Positions 8,807 to 18,479 of a stretch of 20,819 nt of DNA are shown here, one piece after another. The position numbers and the translations under genes were made by a program. The stretch is taken from positions 1-20,819 of the forward strand of contig JAYUFG010000003.1 of the NCBI GenBank assembly GCA_043738845.1, read 5' to 3'. The notes under the pieces are model-generated. The model ran no database searches and was not told where the DNA came from. It was given only the letters and a program-made list of their open reading frames with translations. Positions within the stretch are counted from its first letter, which is position 1, and the number at the start of each line of letters is the position of its first letter. Source of the stretch: Planctomycetaceae bacterium. Lineage in GTDB: Bacteria > Planctomycetota > Planctomycetia > Pirellulales > DASRSE01.

Positions 8807-9030
8807 CTACGGTTTCAATTCATTCCCAAACGCTCACCACTGGCCACACGGACTTCCAATCGTTTGCGGCGAACTTGGCTGGGCGAGGTGGTTCTGGCCC
8901 CAAAAAATAGTTGGGGTGGAATCTGTGCGGACGGGAATAATTTGGCGGCAAGGGAGCGATTCTACGCACATGGCGAGTGACTTTGGACGCTCGACCCGGA
9001 CTGCCCATTGTTTCGCGAGGAGTTGCTGTC

Positions 9031-10635
9031 ATGGAGATGCACGATTCGGCCTTGCCGTCGGTGGTCGATGATCTTGGGCTGTCACCGCTGGCACATGTTA
9101 AACATTGGCTGCGGTATGAGGCGGCTTGGTTTTTGGCCAGCCTGACGGGCCATGTGGTGGTGCTGCTGGTCGTTCTATTGGTTCTGAGTAATTTCGGGAC
9201 GCGAAAACAGGACGAGACATTTCCGCCGGAAGAATTCGATGCAGCGATGATCGAGCCGAAAGACAATTCGGACACGTTGGTTCACATCGACGCAACCATC
9301 ATTCCATCAACGCCGGAGCCGCCACCGCCTGCGACCGATATTACGCAGTACGATCCGCCGCCGTCGATTGGTGGGGAATCGGAGTCGAATGAAACGTCGC
9401 CTAATGCCGGTGGCCGACGTGGAAAAGAAGGTGTCCTTGTCCCCGGCACAACCGGCGAACGACAGGAGGTGTCCATTGGATGTTGGGGCAATAACGATCC
9501 GTATCGATTCGGCAAGGGTAATGGACCAACTGGCCCATTGGCCGGAACGCCCTTACGTCAGCGTGGTACGCCCAGGCCGGGAACGGGAATCACCCCGCAA
9601 TCCGAACGCTCCGTCGCCGCTGCCCTGTATTGGATCAGCCGGCATCAACTGCCCGACGGACATTGGAGCCTCAGCGAGTTCGACAAAAAGTGTACCGACA
9701 AGACCTGCACAGGCCACGGAGAGTCGGAAACCGACGCGGGTGCGACGGGACTTGGACTGCTTCCGTTCCTGGCGGCGGGCTGCACAAGCGAGAAAAAAGG
9801 ACCGTATCAAGAGAACGTCGGTCGCGGAGTCTATTGGCTGGTCTCGCATCAGAATCCGAAGGATGGCGATTTGGCGGTCGGCTCGAAAGGAAACGCCCAC
9901 ATGTACGCTCATGCGATTGCCACTATCGCGCTGTGCGAAGCGTATGCGATGTCGCCGCGTGAAAAAGAAACCGGCCGCGCGGCGCAAGCGGCCATCAATT
10001 TCATTGTCGCGGCACAAAATGCCGGGACGGGTGGTTGGCGTTATGAACCGGGACAAGATGGCGATACGTCGGTCGTCGGGTGGCAGGTCATGGCTCTTAA
10101 GAGTGCCCAAATGGCGTATCTGAATGTCCCTAAGTCGGCTTTCGACGGAGCCGATAAATGGTTGAAGTCGTGTTCGTCCGGAAACTATGGCGAACAGTTT
10201 TCATATCAGCCGGGTGGCGGTGCAACGCCGACGATGTCCTCGGTCGGATTGCTTTGTAGCCAGTATTTGCACCTGCGAAAAGATGATCCGAAACTGCAAG
10301 GAGGTCTCGACTACTTGCTGAAGCATCTGCCCAACAACGGAGAACGGGACATCTATTACTGGTACTATGCGACGCAGGTCATGCACAACGTTCCAGGCCA
10401 ACAATGGGACGAATGGAATCGGGCGATGCGAAAAATTTTGACGGAATCACAAGTTCGCGAAGGGTGTGCGGCGGGAAGCTGGGATCCTGCCCGGCCGAGC
10501 AATGATCGCTGGGGTCCGGCGGGAGGGCGGCTGATGGTGACGTGCCTGTCGTGCTTGACCCTGGAGGTTTATTACCGCTATTTGCCGCTGTTTCAGCTTG
10601 ATCAGGAGGAGCGCAACCGCTCGGAGGCGAAGTGA
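9031..10635 (+). CDS. Membrane-anchored protein with an alpha-alpha-toroid domain built from prenyltransferase/squalene-oxidase (QW-like) repeats. The ORF opens at 8977; the Met at 9031 is the likely start.
   Basis: One TM helix (AAWFLASLTGHVVVLLVVLLVLSNF) is followed by a Pro-rich linker (STPEPPPPATDITQYDPPPS). Repeated Q/H-x-x-DG-x-W-type motifs follow: YWISRHQLPDGHWS, YWLVSHQNPKDGDL, VAAQNAGTGGWRYEP, LLKHLPNNGERD. These are typical of terpene-cyclase/prenyltransferase beta-subunit-like repeats. Confidence 0.7.
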   Translation: MEMHDSALPSVVDDLGLSPLAHVKHWLRYEAAWFLASLTGHVVVLLVVLLVLSNFGTRKQDETFPPEEFDAAMIEPKDNSDTLVHIDATIIPSTPEPPPPATDITQYDPPPSIGGESESNETSPNAGGRRGKEGVLVPGTTGERQEVSIGCWGNNDPYRFGKGNGPTGPLAGTPLRQRGTPRPGTGITPQSERSVAAALYWISRHQLPDGHWSLSEFDKKCTDKTCTGHGESETDAGATGLGLLPFLAAGCTSEKKGPYQENVGRGVYWLVSHQNPKDGDLAVGSKGNAHMYAHAIATIALCEAYAMSPREKETGRAAQAAINFIVAAQNAGTGGWRYEPGQDGDTSVVGWQVMALKSAQMAYLNVPKSAFDGADKWLKSCSSGNYGEQFSYQPGGGATPTMSSVGLLCSQYLHLRKDDPKLQGGLDYLLKHLPNNGERDIYYWYYATQVMHNVPGQQWDEWNRAMRKILTESQVREGCAAGSWDPARPSNDRWGPAGGRLMVTCLSCLTLEVYYRYLPLFQLDQEERNRSEAK

Positions 10636-10726
10636 GCGTGTATTCCAGGGGTTGCAACGGCCGCAGCTTTGGAGGAAATTAAGGGGAGCGTCATCACTCT
10701 CGTTCGGACTTCTATTTCGCTTCTGG

Positions 10727-13654
10727 ATGTCTATGCTCCGCCTACGTGTCAGCGCAATTTTACTGGTGATTTGTTGGCTTTCTTCGTTGGCCCCGGCTGC
10801 GGACCAAGTCGTCGATTTTGTCCACGCCCTGCAAGAGGCGGGCTACGGCGACACGGCCGTCGAGTACATGCAGCAGTTGGAAAAGCAGCAGCGCATCCCG
10901 GAGGAACTCAAGGATACGTGGGATTTGGAATTTTACAACTCGTATGAAGCTCGAGCGAGGAATGCTTTTGGCGAGAAAGAAGCGACGGCCTCTAAAGTCG
11001 AATCGAAGAAGTACCTCGACAAGTTTCTCAAAGAGCATCCGAACCATCCCGATGTCGCCAAAGCCGTCTTAGGCTCGGCACTGGCTGCGCAGCGGCGAGG
11101 ACTTGCACTGCTCGCGTCGGCCAAGATCAATCCCAATAAGGAGCAAGCAGGTAACGACACGGCGGAAGCGCGGGCCGCGTTTGAGGAAGCCAAGCCCCGC
11201 TTTCAACAGGCCCTTGAGCGGTTTAAGAAAAAACTTGATGGGCTGAAAGTCCCCGGGAAAAATGCCAAGAAAAGGGAAACCGACGAGTATGAAACAGCGG
11301 TTAGCAACTTCATTGAAACCCGCTTTCAGGTTTCACTCACCGACGTTTACATCGCCCGCACAATGGCGGATCGAAAGGATCCTATTCGCGTGAAGTTGCT
11401 GCAAGGTGCCGCGAAGGAATTCGACTCGATCTTTCAGAAAAACCGCGAAAACATTTACGGTTTGGCCGCCCACATGTGGAACGGCAAAGTCGAAGAGGAA
11501 CAAGGCAACGTCGATAAAGCCGTAGACATCTACGACGAAGTGGCCAGTTATGGCCCGAACCTGAATGAACTTAAGCCCGACGCGCCGATTGATCCGCTCT
11601 TTGCGGAACTGCATCTGGCTCGCTTGCAACTGCTGTTGAAACAGAAGAAGTTTGACGACTTCGATACCGAAGCTAAGACTTGGCTCGACGCCTACAAGAA
11701 AAGCCGTAAGAACGTCGTGCAGAATTTCTATCAGGGAATCCAGCTTGAGTACGTCAAGTTCGCAATTGTTGCCGTCGAAAAAGCCACGGGCAAGAACAAG
11801 CTCCGCTATGAAAATGATATTACAACGATGCTCAAGGACATGGTCAAAATCCGCAGCGACTATCAGCTTGAGGCATTGCAGATATTCAAAGGTCGCAATA
11901 AATCGGCCGGGCAGGATCCGAAAACAATGGAAGAAGCTTTGGCCCTGGGGGATAATTCTCTACGCACTAAGGATTGGGCCGACGCGGAAAAAATGTTCGT
12001 TTTAGCACTGTCCTTGGCTCCTAAGAATGCTCCGCCTGCCACCCTGACAGAAGTTAAGGGCAAGCTGGCCTTTGTGCGATTCAACATTGCCCGCGAATTG
12101 TATACAGAAAAAAAATATGCGCAATCACTCGAAATTGCGGAAAAGGTAGCGGTCGATCCCGACGCGGGGGACGTTGGCTCGGTGTCCTCGGCGATGAGTG
12201 TGCAAGCGGCGTTTGGTTTGTATCTCGAGGCCCATAATGCTGAGAAGCCGGACAAAGAAGCGGAAGCGACCCATCTGGCCCGTATGAACAAGAACGCCGA
12301 AACGACCATTGCCAAATGGCCCGGCAAGCCGGAGGCCGACGATTCCCGCATGTTGCTCGCGCAGGCGTATCTGGTGATGGGCAAACTGGACGAGGCGGTT
12401 AAGGCTTATGACGGGGTGAACATCAAGTCCGAAAAATACGCTGCCGCCAAACACAGTGCGGGCCGGACGTTGTGGTATCGCTATGTACAGGAAAAACAAA
12501 AGTCGGAGAGTGATCGAAATCAAGAACAAATGATCGCCGACCGGAAGAAGGGGGTCGAACTCTTGCTGGCCAGTTTCGCGGCTCAACAAAAAGCCAAGGA
12601 GCCGGGGAAGCCCTTCCCGAAAGCACTGCTCGATACGCAACTGCTCCTGGGCGAGATCGAACTCGAAGGGAACCAACCCGACAAGTCGGTGCAGTACTTA
12701 CAGTCCCTGGTTGATGTCCTCTCGACGGAAAAGTCTGACCAATTTGACTCGGCCGTCACACTCCGCGTTTTTACCGCTGCCGTGCGGGCCTACTCGGCCA
12801 AGAATGATTTGGCCAAGGCGGGCGAAGTCGGTTTGAAGATGATCGAAATGGGACCGGACACGCCGCAAGTGAATAATGTCCTCATGGAGTTCGCGAAACT
12901 CCTCGACTTAGAACGCAAAAAAGCCGTTGCCGACGTCACCACGAAACCGTCTGCTCAGTCGGAGAAAAAACTCGCCGACACCAATAAAATGCTGGGGACA
13001 ATCCTCAGTAAACTCATGGAACGCAAGCAGCTTTCGGCCGTGAGCTTGCTGCTGATTGCCGAAACATTCGCGAACATTGGCGATCTGGATCGGGCCAATC
13101 AACAATATTCATCCCTCTTGAACATCATCGAGAAAGAACCCAACTCGGAAAACGGCAAAGCCTTAGCTAAGGCTGAGGTGCGAATTCTTACCAATCAAAT
13201 TGACCTGAAACGCAATAGCGGCGATTTCGACGGCGCAAGAGAGAGTGCCAAAGCCATCATCGCCAAAAACCCCAACGCGCTGGAACCACGTTTACTTGAG
13301 TGTCGTATTCTGCAAGACAAAGCGGAAAAATCCAACGACGCAGCCGACTTCAATGCAGCGGCGACCAGTTGGGCCCAACTGCGAGCGAAGTTAGGTACGA
13401 AACGTTCGCCCGAGTATTATGAGGTTCTCTACAACTCAGCGAATTGTCTCGTCTTTGAGGCTGAACAATTGAAGGCCAAGAAAAAAGAAGATTCCGCTGC
13501 CAAGGCCCTGTTGGCGGAAAAAATGCTCAATTCCGTCTTGGCGACGGGGGCCGCCTCCGCTGGTCCCGACGTGGTTGCAAAGTACAAAGAACTCGCTGCG
13601 AAAGCGGCCCTCCTTCAAGGTCGTAAAGAGACTCCCAAGGAATCGCCCAAATAG
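10727..13654 (+). CDS. Large secreted Lys/Ala/Glu-rich alpha-helical (TPR-like) repeat protein of unknown function. The ORF opens at 10598; the Met at 10727 gives a signal peptide.
   Basis: The N-terminus MSMLRLRVSAILLVICWLSSLAPAAD is signal-peptide-like. The remaining ~950 aa have low complexity dominated by A, K, E and L, with recurrent helical hairpin-like segments. There are no catalytic motifs. The codon usage is clean and no competing ORFs are present. Confidence 0.65.
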   Translation: MSMLRLRVSAILLVICWLSSLAPAADQVVDFVHALQEAGYGDTAVEYMQQLEKQQRIPEELKDTWDLEFYNSYEARARNAFGEKEATASKVESKKYLDKFLKEHPNHPDVAKAVLGSALAAQRRGLALLASAKINPNKEQAGNDTAEARAAFEEAKPRFQQALERFKKKLDGLKVPGKNAKKRETDEYETAVSNFIETRFQVSLTDVYIARTMADRKDPIRVKLLQGAAKEFDSIFQKNRENIYGLAAHMWNGKVEEEQGNVDKAVDIYDEVASYGPNLNELKPDAPIDPLFAELHLARLQLLLKQKKFDDFDTEAKTWLDAYKKSRKNVVQNFYQGIQLEYVKFAIVAVEKATGKNKLRYENDITTMLKDMVKIRSDYQLEALQIFKGRNKSAGQDPKTMEEALALGDNSLRTKDWADAEKMFVLALSLAPKNAPPATLTEVKGKLAFVRFNIARELYTEKKYAQSLEIAEKVAVDPDAGDVGSVSSAMSVQAAFGLYLEAHNAEKPDKEAEATHLARMNKNAETTIAKWPGKPEADDSRMLLAQAYLVMGKLDEAVKAYDGVNIKSEKYAAAKHSAGRTLWYRYVQEKQKSESDRNQEQMIADRKKGVELLLASFAAQQKAKEPGKPFPKALLDTQLLLGEIELEGNQPDKSVQYLQSLVDVLSTEKSDQFDSAVTLRVFTAAVRAYSAKNDLAKAGEVGLKMIEMGPDTPQVNNVLMEFAKLLDLERKKAVADVTTKPSAQSEKKLADTNKMLGTILSKLMERKQLSAVSLLLIAETFANIGDLDRANQQYSSLLNIIEKEPNSENGKALAKAEVRILTNQIDLKRNSGDFDGARESAKAIIAKNPNALEPRLLECRILQDKAEKSNDAADFNAAATSWAQLRAKLGTKRSPEYYEVLYNSANCLVFEAEQLKAKKKEDSAAKALLAEKMLNSVLATGAASAGPDVVAKYKELAAKAALLQGRKETPKESPK

Positions 13655-13798
13655 TCGTTGACCCTTTCGTCCAAGCAGGTGTGAGAATTCAAGCGGATTG
13701 TACCGCCGACTCGACGGGGCGATTTCCAGACCGTAAACTAAGACGATCTTTCGGTCTCGACGTCGGGACTAATTTGTCGGTTCTTCAAGCGGCGGTAT

Positions 13799-15820
13799 AT
13801 GGTCGAGTTCGGGCGGTTGGCGGCGGCACACCACAAAGCACAGCGCGACCTCCTCGCCGCAGCGGATGCGCACGGCCATTGGATCGGCGAGTTGGCGAGT
13901 TCCGCCCTCTCCACCGCGACGGCCGTCAGCGCACTGTCACTCGCCGCGCGACATGCCAAACCCGACGGTTCAACACGCTGGGGGACGCCCGATGGTCGCC
14001 AGCAACTCAACGATCTGATCTTGGCGGGAATGCGTTGGTTGGCCGAACATGTGAATCCCGACGGCGGCTGGGGTGATACCGATCTCAGCACGTCGAACAT
14101 TGCAACGACGATGCTCGTCCGGGCGGCTTTTCATTTGACGGCGGTTCCCGCCAAACACGCCGACCTTCTCACGCGAGCGGCTGAGTACACGCAAGCTCAG
14201 GGAGAGATCGCAGGGCTTCGCAAGCGATATGGCAAAGACAAGACGTTCGCCGTGCCGATTTTGACGAACTGCGCCTTGGCGGGCATGGTCCCTTGGCGAG
14301 ACGTCTCGGCGTTGCCGTTTGAACTGGCTTGTTTGCCGCGTGGGTTTTTTAAGTTCCTGCGGCTGCCGGTTGTGAGCTATGCAATTCCCGCCCTCGTGGC
14401 GATTGGCCAATGTCGATTTTATCATCGACCGCCAATGAACCCGCTTATTCGTTGGATGCGTCGGCGGTCGATTGCTAAAAGCCTGCGCGTATTGAAAGAG
14501 ATGCAGCCCGACAGTGGCGGATATTTAGAGGCGACGCCGCTGACCAGTTTCGTCGTGATGAGTTTGGCAAGCATGAATCTCGTGGAAAACCCCGTGACCC
14601 TGAGCGGCCTTGATTTTTTGGTCGCGTCGGTGCGACCCGATGGAAGTTGGCCGATTGATACGAACTTGGCGACCTGGAACACGACGTTGGCGTTGAATGC
14701 ACTCGATTGTGATGTTGCGGGCGAGACCGCTGAAGCTGTGGGCAACGATAAGTCTGCGGCCTGGTACGCGAACTGTCTCGATTGGGTTGGGTCGTGTCAA
14801 CACCGGGTCGAGCATCCCTTCACGGGAGCGGCACCGGGCGGATGGGGCTGGAGCGATTTGAGTGGTGCCGTTCCCGACGCCGACGACACGGCCAGTGCGC
14901 TGCTCGCATTGGCAAAGTGGAGGGGCGTTGTGAAAACGGATAAAAACGCAACGGCAAAAAGTTCCTTCTCCGCTCGGGCCGCGATTCAATGGCTGCTCGA
15001 TTTGCAAAATCGCGATGGAGGTTGGCCGACGTTTTGTCGGGGCTGGGGGGCGTTGCCGTTTGATCGCAGTGCGGCCGATTTGACCGCCCATGCGATGCGG
15101 GCGATGTGGGCGTGGCGGGATGATTCGCTTCCGGTCGATCCGGCGTTTCAAATTCCGCGAGTAGACGAGGTTACACTTCGATCACTTCAACGATCCGCGA
15201 TTGAGCGTGGCTTTGCCTATCTGGAAAAAAAGCAACGGGCGGATGGAAGTTGGGTTCCCTTGTGGTTCGGCAATCAGCATGATCCGCAGGAAGAAAATCC
15301 GGTTTATGGAACGGCTCGCGTATTGCTGGCCTATCGCGATCTACAGCGGCTGGATGGGGTGACGGCGAAGCGGGGAATCGCTTGGCTCGTGGAACATCAA
15401 AACGCCGACGGCGGTTGGGGCGGCGGACCAAAGTTGCAACCGGCAATTTCAATAATGGCATCGCCCAAAAACGGACAGGCCTCACCGGACGAATCGAAGT
15501 CGCGTCGCATCCAGGCGGAAAAAGTCGAACCAGCGGTCGTTTCGAGCATTGAGGAGACAGCTTTGGCTCTCGAAACCTTGGCCTCGCTGGGGCCGCAGTA
15601 CGTGCCGCAAACCGTTGTGGAAAAAGGACTTGAATGGCTTGTCTCGGCGGTTGAGGGGCATCGCCACCGTGATTGCTCGCCCATCGGTTTCTACTTTGCC
15701 AAGTTGTGGTATTATGAGAGACTGTATCCTTTGACGTTTACGGTGGCCGCCCTGGGAGCCGCCGTGACCCGACTTCGCCCACCAACAAGTTCCCAGCCAA
15801 CCCCGGTCCAGCACGTATAG
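13799..15820 (+). CDS. shc: Squalene-hopene cyclase
   Basis: The protonating DxDDTA motif is present (VPDADDTASALLAL). Multiple QW repeats are present (LQNRDGGW, KKQRADGSW, EHQNADGGWG). The N-terminal region is HGHWIGEL...ALSLAA. At 673 aa the length is typical for SHC. A ~20-aa insertion follows the last GGWG relative to characterised SHCs. Confidence 0.9.
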   Translation: MVEFGRLAAAHHKAQRDLLAAADAHGHWIGELASSALSTATAVSALSLAARHAKPDGSTRWGTPDGRQQLNDLILAGMRWLAEHVNPDGGWGDTDLSTSNIATTMLVRAAFHLTAVPAKHADLLTRAAEYTQAQGEIAGLRKRYGKDKTFAVPILTNCALAGMVPWRDVSALPFELACLPRGFFKFLRLPVVSYAIPALVAIGQCRFYHRPPMNPLIRWMRRRSIAKSLRVLKEMQPDSGGYLEATPLTSFVVMSLASMNLVENPVTLSGLDFLVASVRPDGSWPIDTNLATWNTTLALNALDCDVAGETAEAVGNDKSAAWYANCLDWVGSCQHRVEHPFTGAAPGGWGWSDLSGAVPDADDTASALLALAKWRGVVKTDKNATAKSSFSARAAIQWLLDLQNRDGGWPTFCRGWGALPFDRSAADLTAHAMRAMWAWRDDSLPVDPAFQIPRVDEVTLRSLQRSAIERGFAYLEKKQRADGSWVPLWFGNQHDPQEENPVYGTARVLLAYRDLQRLDGVTAKRGIAWLVEHQNADGGWGGGPKLQPAISIMASPKNGQASPDESKSRRIQAEKVEPAVVSSIEETALALETLASLGPQYVPQTVVEKGLEWLVSAVEGHRHRDCSPIGFYFAKLWYYERLYPLTFTVAALGAAVTRLRPPTSSQPTPVQHV

Positions 15821-15953
15821 TTTTCGCGTGAGCGAAAACGACCCATTTTCCGTTGAGCGTTGTTAAATGAGAACCGTCTGAGCGCGCGAACGGGGCTAAG
15901 AACTGGCCAGCCCCGCGTTCAGCGTCACGAGCAAATCCAACCAGAGGCACACC

Positions 15954-17819
15954 TTGGCGACTGCAATCACGGAATCAAATCTGGACCAAGGGTCGGAGAT
16001 TTCCGCCCCCGTCGAGAAATCGAAACGCCGCAAGACGAGCCACTTGAAGGACGTCCCGCAAAGCCGCGCAATGCGAGAATCGCTCCGCGCAAAATGTGCG
16101 GAAGTCACGGCCAAACTCGACAAGTCTCGCCCACTCGGCAAAGACGAAATGGAAGTGGTCGCCCGCTCGATCCTGGCGGAAACGAATCAGCCAGAGGGTT
16201 ATCTCGGTTGGATCATGGTGATCTTGGCTTCGGAGTTTTGGCGGGATCAGGTGGCGGCCGCGCCTCCGTCGCGTCGGTTGCTGTTGTTGCCCCATTGTTT
16301 GAAACATGCGGAAGGTTGTCCCGCCGATTACGACGAGTTTGGACTGGACTGTCGTCAATGCGGGGCCTGTAGCATCGCCGATTTCCGCTCGATTGCCGAG
16401 GACATGGGCTACAAGGTACTCGTCGCCGAAGGCTCGCCGATTGTCTTGAAAATAATTATCAGTGGCTACGTCGATGCGATTGTCGGCGTGGCCTGTTTGA
16501 ACGTCTTGGAAAAGGCCATCGACAAAATTCTCCTGGCGGGAATTCCCTGCATGGCCGTCCCACTCCTGTCGAGCGACTGCCGCAACACGTCGGTCGATGA
16601 AGATTGGGTCGATCAAATGGTGCGGCTCGAACAAAAGGCGGCCGCCGTGGAGACGACAAGTTACGTTCACCTCATGCGGGAAGCGGCCAGTCTGTTTGAA
16701 CGCAAAAAACTCGAACGGATCGTCCCCCGACTTCGCGGCGGGCCAAGTCTGGCCGAGGCCAACGGTCACGGCGTGGGCGGTCTCGATCCGGTCGCTGGCA
16801 CGGAGGCTATCGCTTACGACTTTCTCGCCAAGGGGGGCAAGCACTCCCGTCCTTTTATCACGCTCGCCGTTTATGATGCTCTGACGGGTGGAAACGCCAC
16901 GAGTTTCGGCGGTGCGGCCCATTTAACCAGCTTGCCCGATGCGATCAAGCGTGTGGCGATGTCGATTGAGACGTTTCATAAAGCGTCGCTCGTTCACGAC
17001 GACATTGAAGACGACGACCCATTTCGTTATGGCGAGCCGACCTTGCACAAGACTTACGGTCTCTCGACGGCGATCAACGTCGGCGATTATTTGATTGGGA
17101 TGGGTTATCGCTTGGTCAGTCGCGAAATGAAAACGCTGGGAGCCGAAGTCGTCGCCGATATTTTGGACCGCTTGGCCGACGCCCACATGAAATTGTCTGA
17201 AGGACAAGGTGCCGAGTTGCTCTGGCGAGATTCGCGAGAAAAATCGCTCAAGCCGATTGACGCTTTGAAAATTTATGCCTTGAAAACCGCTCCCGCATTT
17301 GAAGCGGCGTTGTACTGCGGAGCGAGACTGGCGGGGAGCGTCGAAAAATACAGCAAACCCATCAGCCAATTTGCCCAACACCTGGGCGTTGCTTTTCAAA
17401 TTCTCAACGATCTCAAAGATTGGGACGGAGATAATCACAACAAGCTCACGGCGGGCGGAGACTTGGTCGGCGGACGGCCCACCGTGCTGTGGGCCTTAGC
17501 GTTGGAAGGTCTGTCGGCCGAAAATCGCCAAGAACTGGAAACGCTGTCGCAATTGAAACCGTTGTCGCCTGCCAATTTGCAAAACATTCGCCGCTTATAC
17601 GAACAGGCGGGCGTGTTTGAAAAGGCGGCGCGACTGGTCGATAAATATCGCGAGCGTGCCGAAGCGGTCGCCGATTCGCTTGAGCCAGAGGAGTTGCGTC
17701 GCTTATTTTACTACTTGATTGATACCGTCTTAGAGCAGCATGAAACGGCCGTCGTCCCGAAGATTGAACCGATTCCGTTGACGAAATTCGTGCCACTGAA
17801 ATCCGTTCCCACGTCGTAA
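15954..17819 (+). CDS. Fusion protein: an N-terminal Cys-rich DUF116-like domain plus a C-terminal trans-polyprenyl diphosphate synthase domain with a non-canonical second Asp-rich motif
   Basis: The N-terminal ~230 aa carry a Cys cluster (LPHCLKHAEGCPADYDEFGLDCRQCGACSI) and IISGYVDAIVGVAC, which resemble DUF116. The C-terminal ~330 aa have the first Asp-rich motif LVHDDIEDDD with small residues (A, S) at positions -5/-4, a GQ motif (LSEGQGAELL), KTAPAFEAALYCGARLAG, and a second motif FQILNDLKDWDGD. That second motif is NDxxD rather than the canonical DDxxD. Confidence 0.8.
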   Translation: MATAITESNLDQGSEISAPVEKSKRRKTSHLKDVPQSRAMRESLRAKCAEVTAKLDKSRPLGKDEMEVVARSILAETNQPEGYLGWIMVILASEFWRDQVAAAPPSRRLLLLPHCLKHAEGCPADYDEFGLDCRQCGACSIADFRSIAEDMGYKVLVAEGSPIVLKIIISGYVDAIVGVACLNVLEKAIDKILLAGIPCMAVPLLSSDCRNTSVDEDWVDQMVRLEQKAAAVETTSYVHLMREAASLFERKKLERIVPRLRGGPSLAEANGHGVGGLDPVAGTEAIAYDFLAKGGKHSRPFITLAVYDALTGGNATSFGGAAHLTSLPDAIKRVAMSIETFHKASLVHDDIEDDDPFRYGEPTLHKTYGLSTAINVGDYLIGMGYRLVSREMKTLGAEVVADILDRLADAHMKLSEGQGAELLWRDSREKSLKPIDALKIYALKTAPAFEAALYCGARLAGSVEKYSKPISQFAQHLGVAFQILNDLKDWDGDNHNKLTAGGDLVGGRPTVLWALALEGLSAENRQELETLSQLKPLSPANLQNIRRLYEQAGVFEKAARLVDKYRERAEAVADSLEPEELRRLFYYLIDTVLEQHETAVVPKIEPIPLTKFVPLKSVPTS

Positions 17820-17866
17820 ATGTTTTTGAGTGTGCCAGTGGTACCCGACGCCCTCCTTTTGCAAAT

Positions 17867-18424
17867 TTGCGTACTGTGTCCTCACCCCGCACTCGACCTG
17901 ATTTGATGACGCTGGTGCGGTTGTTTTACGACGCGCCAGAGAACCTAGGCAAATTTGCGGAGGTCCGTGCCGAGGAAATGCCCGCCCCGTTTCGCACGCT
18001 CTTGGCTCATCAAGGGCACATGACCGAGACGGTCGAGGCCTTTCATCATTCGCCGGTGGATGTGCGGGTTTTAGAAACTGAAATTGAAGATTCGCATTAC
18101 GCACGAAAAATACTGTTGGCCCGTCAAAGCGATGGCAAAGTTGTCCAGTTCGGCATCGTCCGGCTCGATTTTGCCTATGTGAGTGCCGAGGTTCGTCGCG
18201 AAATCGAATCGCAAAAAATTCCGCTCGGTCGGGTGTTAATTCAGCACAATGTTATGCGGGAAATACAGTTGACCAAGTTGTGGAAGGTTACGCCGGGGAG
18301 CGATTTGCAAAACTACTTTGGCATTTCGGCGACGGTGACGACGTTCGGTCGTACCGCATTGATAAATTGCAACGGTCAACCAGCGGTCGAACTTTTGGAA
18401 ATTGTGGCACCGATGGATGCGTAA
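17867..18424 (+). CDS. Small protein resembling the chorismate pyruvate-lyase (UbiC/DUF98) fold family. The assignment is tentative.
   Basis: The 185-aa ORF sits 48 bp after the previous gene. Its size and pattern (LLAHQGHMTETVEAF..., VRVLETEIEDSHYARKILLARQSDGKVVQFGIVRLDF, LGRVLIQHNV) are reminiscent of the UbiC-like/UTRA fold. This is similarity by eye only, with no strict motif. Confidence 0.45.
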   Translation: MRTVSSPRTRPDLMTLVRLFYDAPENLGKFAEVRAEEMPAPFRTLLAHQGHMTETVEAFHHSPVDVRVLETEIEDSHYARKILLARQSDGKVVQFGIVRLDFAYVSAEVRREIESQKIPLGRVLIQHNVMREIQLTKLWKVTPGSDLQNYFGISATVTTFGRTALINCNGQPAVELLEIVAPMDA

Positions 18425-18479
18425 AATATCGAATACTCCCGCTTAGCCCGCCCGTCCACGGTCGGCGCGGATAAACCAA

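Noticed and set aside
13738-14100. A 120-aa minus-strand ORF and a 131-aa plus-strand ORF at the shc 5' end
   Set aside because: They overlap the shc start region and have no start context or motifs. shc in its own frame has the conserved N-terminal region.
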